Virus record (IMG/VR): IMGVR_UViG_3300043775_002247
Strand: one strand, 5' to 3'
DNA: 64,000 nt
DNA from: an uncultured virus (IMG/VR IMGVR_UViG_3300043775_002247)
Lineage: Duplodnaviria > Heunggongvirae > Uroviricota > Caudoviricetes
Shown one piece after another: positions 18,823 to 28,419 of this stretch. Position 1 is the stretch's first letter, and every line of letters begins with the position of its first letter. The notes beneath the pieces were generated by a model that worked only from the letters and a program-made list of their open reading frames with translations, searched no databases and was not told the origin of the DNA. The position numbers were made by a program, and so were the translations under genes.

Positions 18823-19254
18823 CTATTTTGTTATAATAAGATAAGTTGATGCAAGAATTCCTGCGAAAGTACCAACTTTCCATAAGAAAGTTTTTGTTCT
18901 TTGTCCTTTTAATTCTTTATGTAAACTATTAGTTAATTCTTCAGAAACTTTTAATTGTTCGTCCTTTTTACCTAACATAAAGTTATTGTTCTTATCTTTT
19001 TCTTCAAGAAGAATTATGTGAGAATCTTTTTCTTTTTCCCTTTCTTCAGTTTTAATAAGTTTTTCTTTAGTTAATTTTAACTCAACCTCACACCCATCAC
19101 CTTTTAGAATATCCTTTATCGCTAATTTAGCAACCGGAACTTTTAATCTAACTTTTGTAGTGTCACTACTAATTGTTGGTTTTGTTGTATCTGTTTGTGA
19201 AAAACTGCTCAAGCTCGTTAGCAGTAAGAGTGTCAACACTATTAACTTTCTCAT
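18823..19254 (-). CDS. signal-peptide/coiled-coil/C-terminal TM protein, spanin-like candidate
   Basis: MRKLIVLTLLLLTSLSSFSQ signal, coiled coil and C-terminal hydrophobic helix; overlaps the upstream TM/coiled-coil gene. Confidence 0.55.
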   Translation of the reverse strand: MRKLIVLTLLLLTSLSSFSQTDTTKPTISSDTTKVRLKVPVAKLAIKDILKGDGCEVELKLTKEKLIKTEEREKEKDSHIILLEEKDKNNNFMLGKKDEQLKVSEELTNSLHKELKGQRTKTFLWKVGTFAGILASTYLIITK

Positions 19255-19528
19255 CTGTTTGTTTTTTAATTATTGTTATGTTATTATCTATGTGATGAAT
19301 TTCTTTTGTAATTTTAACCACATTACCTTTTACTGAATCAATCTTAATATCAATTCCCTCATTAACCGCTTTAGCCGAATCAATCTCAGTTTGAATTGAT
19401 TCTATCTTTTCTTTATATGATTTAACATCTGTTTTGATTCCATTGGTTGTAAATATGTTCCAAGCCGCCAATACAATAACGATGATTAATAATATATTTT
19501 GTTTGTTGTTTGTTACAATATCTTTCAT
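19169..19528 (-). CDS. N-terminal TM plus coiled-coil protein, i-spanin-like candidate
   Basis: ILLIIVIVLAAW TM followed by heptad repeats; near the amidase. Confidence 0.55.
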   Translation of the reverse strand: MKDIVTNNKQNILLIIVIVLAAWNIFTTNGIKTDVKSYKEKIESIQTEIDSAKAVNEGIDIKIDSVKGNVVKITKEIHHIDNNITIIKKQTDEKVNSVDTLTANELEQFFTNRYNKTNN

Positions 19529-20130
19529 TACTCTTCAGTATTACTTGTTTGTTTTCTTGACGCTAAAACTTTTGCCCATTTTGATTTAAATTTTTCATAG
19601 AAAACTTTTAATTTATTAATCATTTCTAAAAACTCATCATCAGTTTTTAACATCTCACCGTTTATGTAAACACCATTTTCTTCACCAATTGTAAAAAAGA
19701 AATCTAAATCAAAATCAATAATTCTACCTGACCACTCCACATTATTTGGATATACGTTTAATTTATTGAAATCTACTAAATCTGAAACTTGTTCAACAAA
19801 TTCATTCATTGTTTCTTGGAAAGCGATTTTTTCATCTGTAGTTAAATCTAAATCATTATTATCTTTACCGTGTAATACAATAATACCTCCAACAACTCGA
19901 TATCCTTGTGATTTATCTTCTTGATTATTTGTGTCGTCTTCAATCTTATCCTCAACGTCTTTTGCAACGTTTAGTTTTGAAATAACATCATTATCAGACA
20001 AACCTACTTGTTCGTTAATAATACCGTGTTTTTGTCGAATACGATTAATATCCTCATTAATTGTACTATTTGATAACATCTTTCTAGATGCCTCAACTAA
20101 TCTTTTTATTTCATCATGTGAATTGCTCAT
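19528..20130 (-). CDS. hypothetical protein
   Basis: 200 aa ORF, overlaps both neighbours. Confidence 0.7.
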   Translation of the reverse strand: MSNSHDEIKRLVEASRKMLSNSTINEDINRIRQKHGIINEQVGLSDNDVISKLNVAKDVEDKIEDDTNNQEDKSQGYRVVGGIIVLHGKDNNDLDLTTDEKIAFQETMNEFVEQVSDLVDFNKLNVYPNNVEWSGRIIDFDLDFFFTIGEENGVYINGEMLKTDDEFLEMINKLKVFYEKFKSKWAKVLASRKQTSNTEE

Positions 20131-20713
20131 GCTCTATTTTTTTTAAAAATTCTTCAAAATTAAATGCCGGGCTAACATCTGTATAATCAGTGTCAAAGTT
20201 ACTTTTACTAACTATCCCGTCATATTTTTCTATACCATTTATTTTTGTATTATGCCCAATTACTTGGTTTTTAATTTTTATTTCTTTTAGTAACTTACTA
20301 CACAAAATAGAAGTGTTTTCAACTTGAATGGATGTGTAAGGTTGCCAAAAATAATAATCTCTCCATTTTTTTTCAAACACATTACCTTTATAAATATCAC
20401 CAATCCAGTTAACGTAATGATTACTTAGCGGTTCTTTTTCTAACCACCCTAAATTTTCCAAACAAACGATGATAGAATTTCTATTTATGTTTGCTGAAGT
20501 AAAATAATTTGAATGCTCATTATTACCTAATAATTGAAGTATTTGTCCATCTCGAGTAACGATGTAATTAGGTATTCGTTTAAATTTACCATTAAATCTG
20601 AGTTTTAATGATTGTAAATAATCCCCAACACTTCTTGAAGAGTGTGTGAGGATTATTTGATTTTTTTTCTTTTGTTTCCCACATGGTTTAAAACCATCTA
20701 TTATGTCTATCAT
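20114..20713 (-). CDS. N-acetylmuramoyl-L-alanine amidase (Amidase_2-like), endolysin candidate
   Basis: IILTHS, NYIVTRDGQILQL, NRNSIIVCLEN, VIGH and DVSPAF pattern; some zinc ligands look divergent. Confidence 0.75.
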   Translation of the reverse strand: MIDIIDGFKPCGKQKKKNQIILTHSSRSVGDYLQSLKLRFNGKFKRIPNYIVTRDGQILQLLGNNEHSNYFTSANINRNSIIVCLENLGWLEKEPLSNHYVNWIGDIYKGNVFEKKWRDYYFWQPYTSIQVENTSILCSKLLKEIKIKNQVIGHNTKINGIEKYDGIVSKSNFDTDYTDVSPAFNFEEFLKKIEHEQFT

Positions 20714-20744
20714 AACCCATAACTTTCAAGTTTATTTAATTATG

Positions 20745-21533
20745 TTAGGTATTTTTTACATAACTTAATCTAACAAGACCATCATTAGTTGTTGTTGTAG
20801 TTGTCGAATCCGCGTAATTAACATTCATTGGTTGTTGATTGGTTACTATAATTTCTTTAACAACCTCAACGGGTACTTCAACAATCTTCTCAACCTCAAC
20901 TATTTTTTCAACTTCCTTAATTACTTCTACCGGAACTTCAATTTCTTTGATTACCTCAACTATTTTTTCAACTTCCTTTATAACTTCTACCGGGACTTCA
21001 ACAATTTTTTCAACTTCCTTAATGACTTCAACCTCAATGGTTTTAATTTCGTCGTCACTTTCTTTGGTTAATTCGTCATATTTTACAAAAAAGTGTAATG
21101 ATGTCAATGAAATGATTGGAAGTAACCCTCCACCTAAAAACGCTAACCATCTTTTTTGAGATACAACGTCATTGATATCAGAACCTAACATTTCCCAAAC
21201 AGGTGAAGTTAGTTCAACCCAAGATTTAAATAAATCCCCGTTAACATCAATTTCTTTAAATGAAAAGAAGATATTACCAATCATTTGTATAAAGGTTACT
21301 AATCCGAACATAAACCATACACCACCTTTAATTCTGTTTGTTGCAGCAACCAATGCGGTCATAGCACCAACTTCAATAGCTATTGATAAGTATATAGCCC
21401 AACTAATTGGATTTGTTAAATCATACCAAGACACAACGTGAGATATTGAGATACCCGCAACTAAAAGTATCGGGATTAAGAACATTGCTCTTACCGGATG
21501 TTCTTTAACCCAACTTATTATTGACTTAATCAT
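20745..21533 (-). CDS. multi-pass membrane protein with VEVIKEVEKIVEVP repeats
   Basis: About four hydrophobic helices, then tandem V/E/K repeats and a poly-Thr tail. Confidence 0.8.
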   Translation of the reverse strand: MIKSIISWVKEHPVRAMFLIPILLVAGISISHVVSWYDLTNPISWAIYLSIAIEVGAMTALVAATNRIKGGVWFMFGLVTFIQMIGNIFFSFKEIDVNGDLFKSWVELTSPVWEMLGSDINDVVSQKRWLAFLGGGLLPIISLTSLHFFVKYDELTKESDDEIKTIEVEVIKEVEKIVEVPVEVIKEVEKIVEVIKEIEVPVEVIKEVEKIVEVEKIVEVPVEVVKEIIVTNQQPMNVNYADSTTTTTTNDGLVRLSYVKNT

Positions 21534-21798
21534 TTGTGATTTTAGTTATCTCTTTATCAATCTCTGATTGTCTGTTAACATCCATAATTTTTCTATCCGT
21601 CGCTTGAATCATTCTTTTTTCAGATTTTAATCCTTCAATTTTGATTTCTTTAGTTATTTTAACTTCTAAAGTATCAACTTTTTTTGTCACTTTATCTACT
21701 CTACCATTAGTGGTACAAGTTTTAAAGAACACGATAATAATTAAGAAAAACATAATTCTGTTTCCCCATACATCAATAAAATTTAATATTGCTTTCAT
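21526..21798 (-). CDS. small TM plus coiled-coil protein
   Basis: IMFFLIIIVFFKTC hydrophobic segment; first gene of the putative lysis operon. Confidence 0.65.
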   Translation of the reverse strand: MKAILNFIDVWGNRIMFFLIIIVFFKTCTTNGRVDKVTKKVDTLEVKITKEIKIEGLKSEKRMIQATDRKIMDVNRQSEIDKEITKITND

Positions 21799-21827
21799 AA
21801 TTTTTGTATTAGTTTTATCATAAAAGT

Positions 21828-21859
21828 AAAAAACCTTCTATTATAATAAATAGAAGGTT
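21828..21859 (-). terminator. terminator hairpin containing a TATTTAT motif
   Basis: Minus strand AACCTTCTATT-TATTAT-AATAGAAGGTT-TTTT, just after the sigma stop codon. Confidence 0.78.
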
Positions 21860-21868
21860 CTAACATTT

Positions 21869-22669
21869 TTACATATAATCAAACAATACCGAGCAGTCAT
21901 TCCTTAATTTTCTTAAGGCCTTTTCCTTTATTTGTCTAACCCGTTCTTTAGTCAGATTAAAATCACCACCAATATCTTCGAGGGTTCTCTGTGTTCCGGT
22001 TAACCCGAAATAGTCCTCAACAATAACTTTTTCACGTTCATCTAAAACATTTAATAAAGAGATTAATTTTGCTTTTAATAAATCTTTACCATTAAATGCT
22101 TCATCAGGCATATCAGCACCTTCATTTTTAATAATATCAACAAGAGTATCACCATCTTCATTGATATTCATATCTAAATCAATCATTGAAGGTAGATTTT
22201 GGAACTTATCATCTAACTTACCACCATTAGATTCAATTTCTTTTTTAGCTCTATGTAAATCCTGTACCACATTAACTGGTAGTCGGATTGTACGGGCGTT
22301 GTCATTCAACGATTGGAGGATTGATTGTTTAACCCACCACACCGCATAGGAAATAAAACGTAAATTCTTGGACCAATCAAAATTGTTGATGGCTTTCATT
22401 AAACCTAAATTACCTTCGGCAATTAAATCAGGGAAATCCAATCCTTGATTTTGATATTGTTTTGCCACCGTAATAACAAAACGTAAATTACCTTCTAATA
22501 ATTCTTTATTAATCGCCTTAATCTCATTCTCTGTTAGAGTACCCGAGGTAATCAATTTAGATAACTCACGTTCTCTTTCAGGGGTCATCACTTTAATCTT
22601 ACGAATATCTTTTAGATATAATTGAATCTCTTCTTGATTAATTGGAATACCGGAATTTTTTTCTTTCAT
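21869..22669 (-). CDS. RNA polymerase sigma-70 factor (RpoD/RpoS-like, lacking region 1.1)
   Basis: QLYLKDI; NLRFVITVAKQY; DLIAEGNLGLMKA; RFISYAVWW; TLEDIG...LTKERVRQIKEKALRKLR. Confidence 0.96.
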   Translation of the reverse strand: MKEKNSGIPINQEEIQLYLKDIRKIKVMTPERERELSKLITSGTLTENEIKAINKELLEGNLRFVITVAKQYQNQGLDFPDLIAEGNLGLMKAINNFDWSKNLRFISYAVWWVKQSILQSLNDNARTIRLPVNVVQDLHRAKKEIESNGGKLDDKFQNLPSMIDLDMNINEDGDTLVDIIKNEGADMPDEAFNGKDLLKAKLISLLNVLDEREKVIVEDYFGLTGTQRTLEDIGGDFNLTKERVRQIKEKALRKLRNDCSVLFDYM

Positions 22670-22670
22670 A

Positions 22671-23246
22671 TTAATTTGAGTATTTGTTTAAATATATTAA
22701 TTCTTTTTCAGTTAGTGAATTTAATCCTTTTTCTTTAATCTTTTCTAATAATTCATCTAAAGATGGACTACGTTGTTTGTTTTTAATTTCATCAATGTCA
22801 GACCATTCATCTTCATCATATTCAAAATCAAAATTTTCAATGTTTAAATTAAAAGTATCTCGGATTTTGTCTTGTATCATTTTTCGCACCTCAAATTCAT
22901 TTGGTTCTGAATTGTTAGATTTTCCTGACATAAAGTCACTAATACCATCATTAAAAAGATGTTTAGATATTTTTTCAGGTAATCCATATGACAATTTGTC
23001 AGATGTGTAAGGTAATAAAACATACATAATATCGCCAACACCTAAAACCATATCAACATAATCTTTTACATCCTCATAGGAATCTAATGTTGAGATTGTG
23101 AACACAGATGACTCCGGTCCGAAATAAAAGTTAAGATTGGGTGTGTCGGAAATAACACATAATTCTTCCGCGATTTGTTCTGTAAATTCTTTTGGGTTGT
23201 CATTTTTTGCAAAGACAAATAAAATGTATTTGGTTAAACCATCCAT
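22671..23246 (-). CDS. hypothetical protein with a DUF6576-like C-terminus
   Basis: LDELLEKIKEKGLNSLTEKELIYL. Confidence 0.6.
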   Translation of the reverse strand: MDGLTKYILFVFAKNDNPKEFTEQIAEELCVISDTPNLNFYFGPESSVFTISTLDSYEDVKDYVDMVLGVGDIMYVLLPYTSDKLSYGLPEKISKHLFNDGISDFMSGKSNNSEPNEFEVRKMIQDKIRDTFNLNIENFDFEYDEDEWSDIDEIKNKQRSPSLDELLEKIKEKGLNSLTEKELIYLNKYSN

Positions 23247-23276
23247 ACGTTATACGTTTAAATTTAAATTATGTTA

Positions 23277-23284
23277 CAAAAGTA
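23277..23284 (-). promoter_or_regulatory. Bacteroidota-type -7 promoter box for the sigma operon
   Basis: TACTTTTG on the minus strand, upstream of 23246. Confidence 0.5.
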
Positions 23285-23812
23285 CTAAACTCTTTTGGAA
23301 TAACCAACTATTTGGTAAAAATCTTTTTTCCCTTCACAATATTCTTTAACCATTTCAAGTAACCCTTTGAACATAAACGCCCCGGTTGTTTGTTTTTCAC
23401 AAATTGAAAATAACTCAATAAATGCCGTCAAAGTAGAAATACTGTAGTACCCACAACCATTTAACTCATTATACCTTAAATCCATAACATAATTATGTCT
23501 TAATTCATAAGTATCTCTTTCTTCAACACAATTAAATGGTTCAGAGTTTTCATAAATCAAAATCAAATTATTAACATAAGATAATAATAATTCTTTATTG
23601 TGTTCAGCCTTAACCAATAAATCAACAATCCAATGTGTATGTGATGGAGTTCTCAATCTTTTACCCTCTTCCTTATATTTCACAATAAAGTCAAGTTCCG
23701 GATTCTCACCCCTTACACCCTGATAGATAGCTATGGAGGTTCTATCGTCAGTAGTCCAATAAAGGAGAGGAGAATGAACCTCCCCCTTTCTTTTATAGTT
23801 TAATTGTTTCAT
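23285..23812 (-). CDS. hypothetical protein adjacent to the R-M-like pair
   Basis: 175 aa; RTPSHTHWIVDL motif. Confidence 0.7.
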   Translation of the reverse strand: MKQLNYKRKGEVHSPLLYWTTDDRTSIAIYQGVRGENPELDFIVKYKEEGKRLRTPSHTHWIVDLLVKAEHNKELLLSYVNNLILIYENSEPFNCVEERDTYELRHNYVMDLRYNELNGCGYYSISTLTAFIELFSICEKQTTGAFMFKGLLEMVKEYCEGKKDFYQIVGYSKRV

Positions 23813-23814
23813 TT

Positions 23815-25083
23815 TTAATTATCTAAATTTGTAAATGGTAAACTAGATAAAACTGAAGGAGTAATTGAAACTTTATTATTTGAACACATATTATTTTCTT
23901 TCATAATATTTCTAAACTCATTTGAGTTTAAAAAATTCACCGCGTTATCTAAATTTATATCAATATTATCTTTTAAAAATAAACCTATAATACCACCACC
24001 AAAAAATTCATTAACATTTCCTACCCAAAAAATATGAGTATCTCTAGTTTTCATAATACCATAAATTCTTTTTTTATTCGATTTCATTAAATTAAAATTA
24101 CGGAGAGCACCATATTTCCACCAATTTTTTTCAGTAAAATTACTAATTTTTCTTTTAATTAATTTTTCTTTATGAGGTGTAAGATAATTTTTTACTTCTT
24201 CAGATAATTCACCAAAAACATCATAATTATCCACAAAAAGATAATTAGAAACTTCCTTATTTGTACCAATGATTTGAATTATTGAATTATCCGGTAAATC
24301 AATATTATTATTTAGTTTAAATATTTTTTCCGCTCCGGTAACTAAACCAACTTTAACATCAAAAAAATCAGAAATTGTATTTCCTGTTCGGATTTCATTA
24401 CAAAAAGAAATAGTATTATTATATACTACTTTTTTATTTACAAATTTATCTAAACTATAATCATCCAATGTTTCATAATATTTAAAATCACCACTATAAT
24501 TTTTAACATACCTAAAAATACATAAGGCAGGTACATCAGCATCATCAAATAATTTTTCTTCACCGCAATCAATGAAATGTGAAAAATTACCATTGTCTTT
24601 TAAAAATTCTCTCACAAATTTAGAACTCACATTATATAACCATTCTTTCGGAACAATAAATATTAACTCCCCTCCATCAGATAATAAATTAACACAATAC
24701 TTAATAAAAAAATAATATAAATTTCCATTACCAGGAATTTTTTCCGGTAACAAATCAATAGTGTCTTGTTCAACATTTTTTAGTTTAACAAAAGGTGGGT
24801 TACCAACGATTGAATCAAATGTTCCACAAGTTTTTATAAAATTAAAAAAATTATCAACACTTATTTCAGATTTACATACTTTAGAATTAACCTTATCAAC
24901 ATCTAACTCCACTGATAAGACATTTCTATTTAATTTTTTTTCAATCTCTAAAACAATATGACCCTCACCCGCAGATGGTTCCAATACACTACCATCATTT
25001 TTTATTAAACTAATTAACACATTTAAAACTCTATTTTTTGTTGTGAAAAATTGTCCCCTACTTTTTTTTAAATTATTAACCAT
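23815..25083 (-). CDS. N6-adenine DNA methyltransferase, gamma class (TaqI/Eco57I-like)
   Basis: GQFFT, VLEPSAGEG, IVGNPPF, NLYYFF and LIFIVP motifs, plus a C-terminal TRD-like region. Confidence 0.93.
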   Translation of the reverse strand: MVNNLKKSRGQFFTTKNRVLNVLISLIKNDGSVLEPSAGEGHIVLEIEKKLNRNVLSVELDVDKVNSKVCKSEISVDNFFNFIKTCGTFDSIVGNPPFVKLKNVEQDTIDLLPEKIPGNGNLYYFFIKYCVNLLSDGGELIFIVPKEWLYNVSSKFVREFLKDNGNFSHFIDCGEEKLFDDADVPALCIFRYVKNYSGDFKYYETLDDYSLDKFVNKKVVYNNTISFCNEIRTGNTISDFFDVKVGLVTGAEKIFKLNNNIDLPDNSIIQIIGTNKEVSNYLFVDNYDVFGELSEEVKNYLTPHKEKLIKRKISNFTEKNWWKYGALRNFNLMKSNKKRIYGIMKTRDTHIFWVGNVNEFFGGGIIGLFLKDNIDINLDNAVNFLNSNEFRNIMKENNMCSNNKVSITPSVLSSLPFTNLDN

Positions 25084-25666
25084 TAATTAAATTTTCCCAC
25101 TCTTTAGCAGGATTTAAAATTCGTTTATTTATATATTCAATAAATAGATTATGAACTAAATTAAATTTTTCTTCGTTAGTTCTTTCAATTAATGAAATTG
25201 TTGGTATTTTAGTTTGTATTCCATTAGACGGATTAACTATTATACAATCTAAAGGTAATTGAGTTAAAGAACAAATTAAAAATTTTTTTGTTTGTTTATT
25301 AAAAAAAACAATTTGATAATCACTAACTAATTTAATCTCATTTTTATTTTTTTTATCCTTATACGATTTAGATATCAATTTATTAGTTGTACCGTCTAAA
25401 TTTAACATCTTAGCTAATTTAGTAAAACAAATTGTATTCGTGAAATTACCCGGCTCTACACATTTTAAATCTTCACCATTTGAAATATATAAATCATTTT
25501 CTTCCCTATTGCGTGTTTTTATTTTAGTAAGTTTTAATCTTTCATTAATTTTTTTACAAATCTCTTCTTCACTATCTTGAGAATTCCTCCTACCATCATC
25601 ACTAACTATCAAAATATCCCAATCATTATATTGATTTAAAATATTTTCAACTTCTTTATAATTCAT
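25076..25666 (-). CDS. putative restriction endonuclease (PD-(D/E)xK-like)
   Basis: NDLYISNGEDLKC resembles D...(D/E)xK; overlaps the methyltransferase by 8 nt and shares its very low GC. Confidence 0.5.
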   Translation of the reverse strand: MNYKEVENILNQYNDWDILIVSDDGRRNSQDSEEEICKKINERLKLTKIKTRNREENDLYISNGEDLKCVEPGNFTNTICFTKLAKMLNLDGTTNKLISKSYKDKKNKNEIKLVSDYQIVFFNKQTKKFLICSLTQLPLDCIIVNPSNGIQTKIPTISLIERTNEEKFNLVHNLFIEYINKRILNPAKEWENLING

Positions 25667-25692
25667 ATTATTATTTTTTTAAAAAAATAGAC

Positions 25693-25733
25693 AAAAAAAT
25701 AATACCTATCAACTGTTGATAGGTATTATTTTT
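25693..25733. terminator. long palindromic terminator
   Basis: aaaaataatacctatcaa-ctg-ttgataggtattattttt. Confidence 0.8.
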
Positions 25734-28101
25734 ATTGAGAAACATAACTTATATTCTCTTCTTTTCTAATTCTTACTACATTATCCGACCAATTCGTCAC
25801 TAGTGGATTATGTGTAATTACAAATATCTTCTCAAAGTATTCTTTAATCTTGGTGAAGAACTCTGATACCATCTCCAAATTATCGTTTGATATCTTTCCA
25901 AAAACCTCATCAAAGACAACAACATTTGCTCTTGGTAATGAACATATCTTACTTAATACCGCTCTTAACGCTAGTGATGCAATTGTTCTTTCATATCCTG
26001 AACCGGAAGACATTGGTTTCTCAACTTGGGTATTGTTATCAATCATAAGGAAGTCAACCTCATTCTTGTCATTAATTTTAACCTCTAATCTGAAGTGACA
26101 ACTATCTTCTAACAATCGTTGAAGTTCACTATTAATAAGTGGCATCATTGTTTTCATTATAAGTTTAGTCACCCCATTCTTACCGAATATCTCCAAATAG
26201 ATTTTGTATATTCTTTCTCTTTCAGCCTCTTCCGCTATTTTTCTAATTGTTTCCAAATTAGAACTAATTTTATCGGTTAGAGTTTTAATGGTGAACTTAT
26301 TGTTTGAGATACTAGTTTCAATAGTTTTCTTCTCACCCTCAAGTTCATCAATTCTGATTCCCGCTTTAATTAATAACCCGTCAGTCTTATTGTTTTCCAC
26401 AATCTTATCCTGAACTTCAGAATATCTTTCCAATTTGGTTTTCAATGAATCAATCATCAATTGGAAACGTTCAACACTTAATTCATATTTCTCTTTGATA
26501 AGTTTGTTTTTTTCATACTCATCAAACTCTTTTTTAAGATTAACAAAACCTTCTTCTTTGTTGGTTAATTCACTCATTAACCCCTCTAATTCGTCTTTAT
26601 GAGTGATAAATCCGGCAAGTTCACCAATTTTTGCGTTGGTTATAGCCGCGTTCATCAGTTCAATACCACAATGTTCACATTTGATTCCACCATCAACAGA
26701 ACTCTTAAGTTCTTCGATGCTTTTAATCTTTGCATTGTTCTCCGCTTGTTTGGTAATCAAGTCCTTAATCTCTTGTTTTACCTCATCGTGTTTGTCCTCG
26801 TGGTAAAATTCAGATGGTTCAATAACCTTAACCCCATCTCTATCGGAAATGGCTTTACCCTTTTGTAAATCCAATCCATTAATCTCCTCTTGAACTTTGT
26901 CCGGAGACACTAGTGTTAGTTCCTTATCAATGTTGTGTTTGGATTTTAATAATCCATCACGATACTCCTGACCCTTAACAATTCTACCTTTAACGTCTTC
27001 CAATTGAGTATCTAACGTAAGATTAGTTTCCGTTAGGGTATCAATGGTTTCTTGATTAGTTTGGTTGTCAGTTTTAAGTTGTTCCGAGTTATAGATGTTC
27101 GATAACATCCCTTTTGAGAAGTCACTATAAATTTCTTTGGCGGCTTCTTCCTTACGTTTAAGAAAATCTAACCCCATAAACCTTGAAAGAACTTGACCCC
27201 TCGCCGTAGGTTTGGCATCAATTAGTTCCTCCAAGTTGGTGGCAGTTGTTAGAATGGTCATTAAGAAGTCCTCTTTGGTTCCGATAGACGTTTTGATAAA
27301 CGCCTCGGTCTCTCTTCGTTGTTCTCCGGTGAAGTTTTGTAAACTACCATCAGACAATCTTTTATAAAAGTCCAACTCGGTTTTAACGTTCCATTCATTT
27401 TTCTTTGATAACTTTCTCTCAATATTTCTCAATATGATGTACTCCTCACCATCGATTGTTATCTCACCTTTTACGGCAACTTTGTTTCTTTCTGTAAACC
27501 TGTTAAATATTTCCTCCGCTTTGGATGTCTTGGTTGTCTCATTAAAGAATAAGAACATCAATAAATCCACAGTCAAAACTGTCTTACCCCCAAAGTTAGG
27601 CGGGTTTGATTCCACAACCGTAATCCCATCACACTTCTCAAAATCTATCTTCTGATTCTCACCATAGGATAAAAAGTTTGAGAACTCAATGTTCTTAATA
27701 TACCATCTCTTAAATGGAGCCGCATCAGTTTGAGTTTGTAACAATTTATTATCCACAATACTATTAAGTTGGTAGATATCATCGTAGTGTTCCATATTCC
27801 CTTTTGACTCCAAGAATGAACGAACTAATTCTAATTGATAGTTCTCATCCAAGATGTTAAAGGATATGTCTACGGTATGTGTGGTGTCGTCAGCAACCTT
27901 TGTCTTTGTAATAACATTAACATTGGTTGTGTTGTACTTCTTTTGAAAGTAATGACGAACACTTTTTATTTTTTCTTGTGTAAAGTTTTCAGCATAGTCC
28001 TCCCATACAATCTGTAGGTAAGGATTATCAAAACTTGTGATATCTAAATCTTTTATCATTATTGTGTAATTAAATTCTATGGGGGGATTGAATAAATCCA
28101 T
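25732..28101 (-). CDS. Rad50/SbcC (gp46-like) SMC ATPase with an N-terminal extension
   Basis: NFLSYG, NFGGKT Walker A, CEHC zinc hook, coiled coils, SGYE signature, VVFDEVFG Walker B and ITH. Confidence 0.93.
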   Translation of the reverse strand: MDLFNPPIEFNYTIMIKDLDITSFDNPYLQIVWEDYAENFTQEKIKSVRHYFQKKYNTTNVNVITKTKVADDTTHTVDISFNILDENYQLELVRSFLESKGNMEHYDDIYQLNSIVDNKLLQTQTDAAPFKRWYIKNIEFSNFLSYGENQKIDFEKCDGITVVESNPPNFGGKTVLTVDLLMFLFFNETTKTSKAEEIFNRFTERNKVAVKGEITIDGEEYIILRNIERKLSKKNEWNVKTELDFYKRLSDGSLQNFTGEQRRETEAFIKTSIGTKEDFLMTILTTATNLEELIDAKPTARGQVLSRFMGLDFLKRKEEAAKEIYSDFSKGMLSNIYNSEQLKTDNQTNQETIDTLTETNLTLDTQLEDVKGRIVKGQEYRDGLLKSKHNIDKELTLVSPDKVQEEINGLDLQKGKAISDRDGVKVIEPSEFYHEDKHDEVKQEIKDLITKQAENNAKIKSIEELKSSVDGGIKCEHCGIELMNAAITNAKIGELAGFITHKDELEGLMSELTNKEEGFVNLKKEFDEYEKNKLIKEKYELSVERFQLMIDSLKTKLERYSEVQDKIVENNKTDGLLIKAGIRIDELEGEKKTIETSISNNKFTIKTLTDKISSNLETIRKIAEEAERERIYKIYLEIFGKNGVTKLIMKTMMPLINSELQRLLEDSCHFRLEVKINDKNEVDFLMIDNNTQVEKPMSSGSGYERTIASLALRAVLSKICSLPRANVVVFDEVFGKISNDNLEMVSEFFTKIKEYFEKIFVITHNPLVTNWSDNVVRIRKEENISYVSQ

Positions 28102-28134
28102 TGGTTGAATGTCTAAAAAATGTCTAACGAATGT

Positions 28135-28407
28135 CTAAACAGTTTCAGGTGTTACAACTTCAGCATCTGTTACGTTAATGTCAGTTGTTTCACCAACAAT
28201 TACATCACCACTAACAACTTCAGTATTTAAATCCACCATTTCACCATTTTCATTTTGGTATTGAGCTTTCATTTCTTCCATTTGTTTTTCAAACATTTCT
28301 TGATACTCGGCTTGAGCTCTTTTTCTTAATCCTCTAAGCGCATTGTTTCTTGTTGCAACTCTTAATTTGTGTGCCTTTGCACCACCACGTAATTTTGACT
28401 TTGGCAT
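28135..28407 (-). CDS. hypothetical protein
   Basis: 90 aa, basic N-terminus and acidic C-terminus. Confidence 0.65.
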   Translation of the reverse strand: MPKSKLRGGAKAHKLRVATRNNALRGLRKRAQAEYQEMFEKQMEEMKAQYQNENGEMVDLNTEVVSGDVIVGETTDINVTDAEVVTPETV

Positions 28408-28419
28408 AATTGTATTTAT

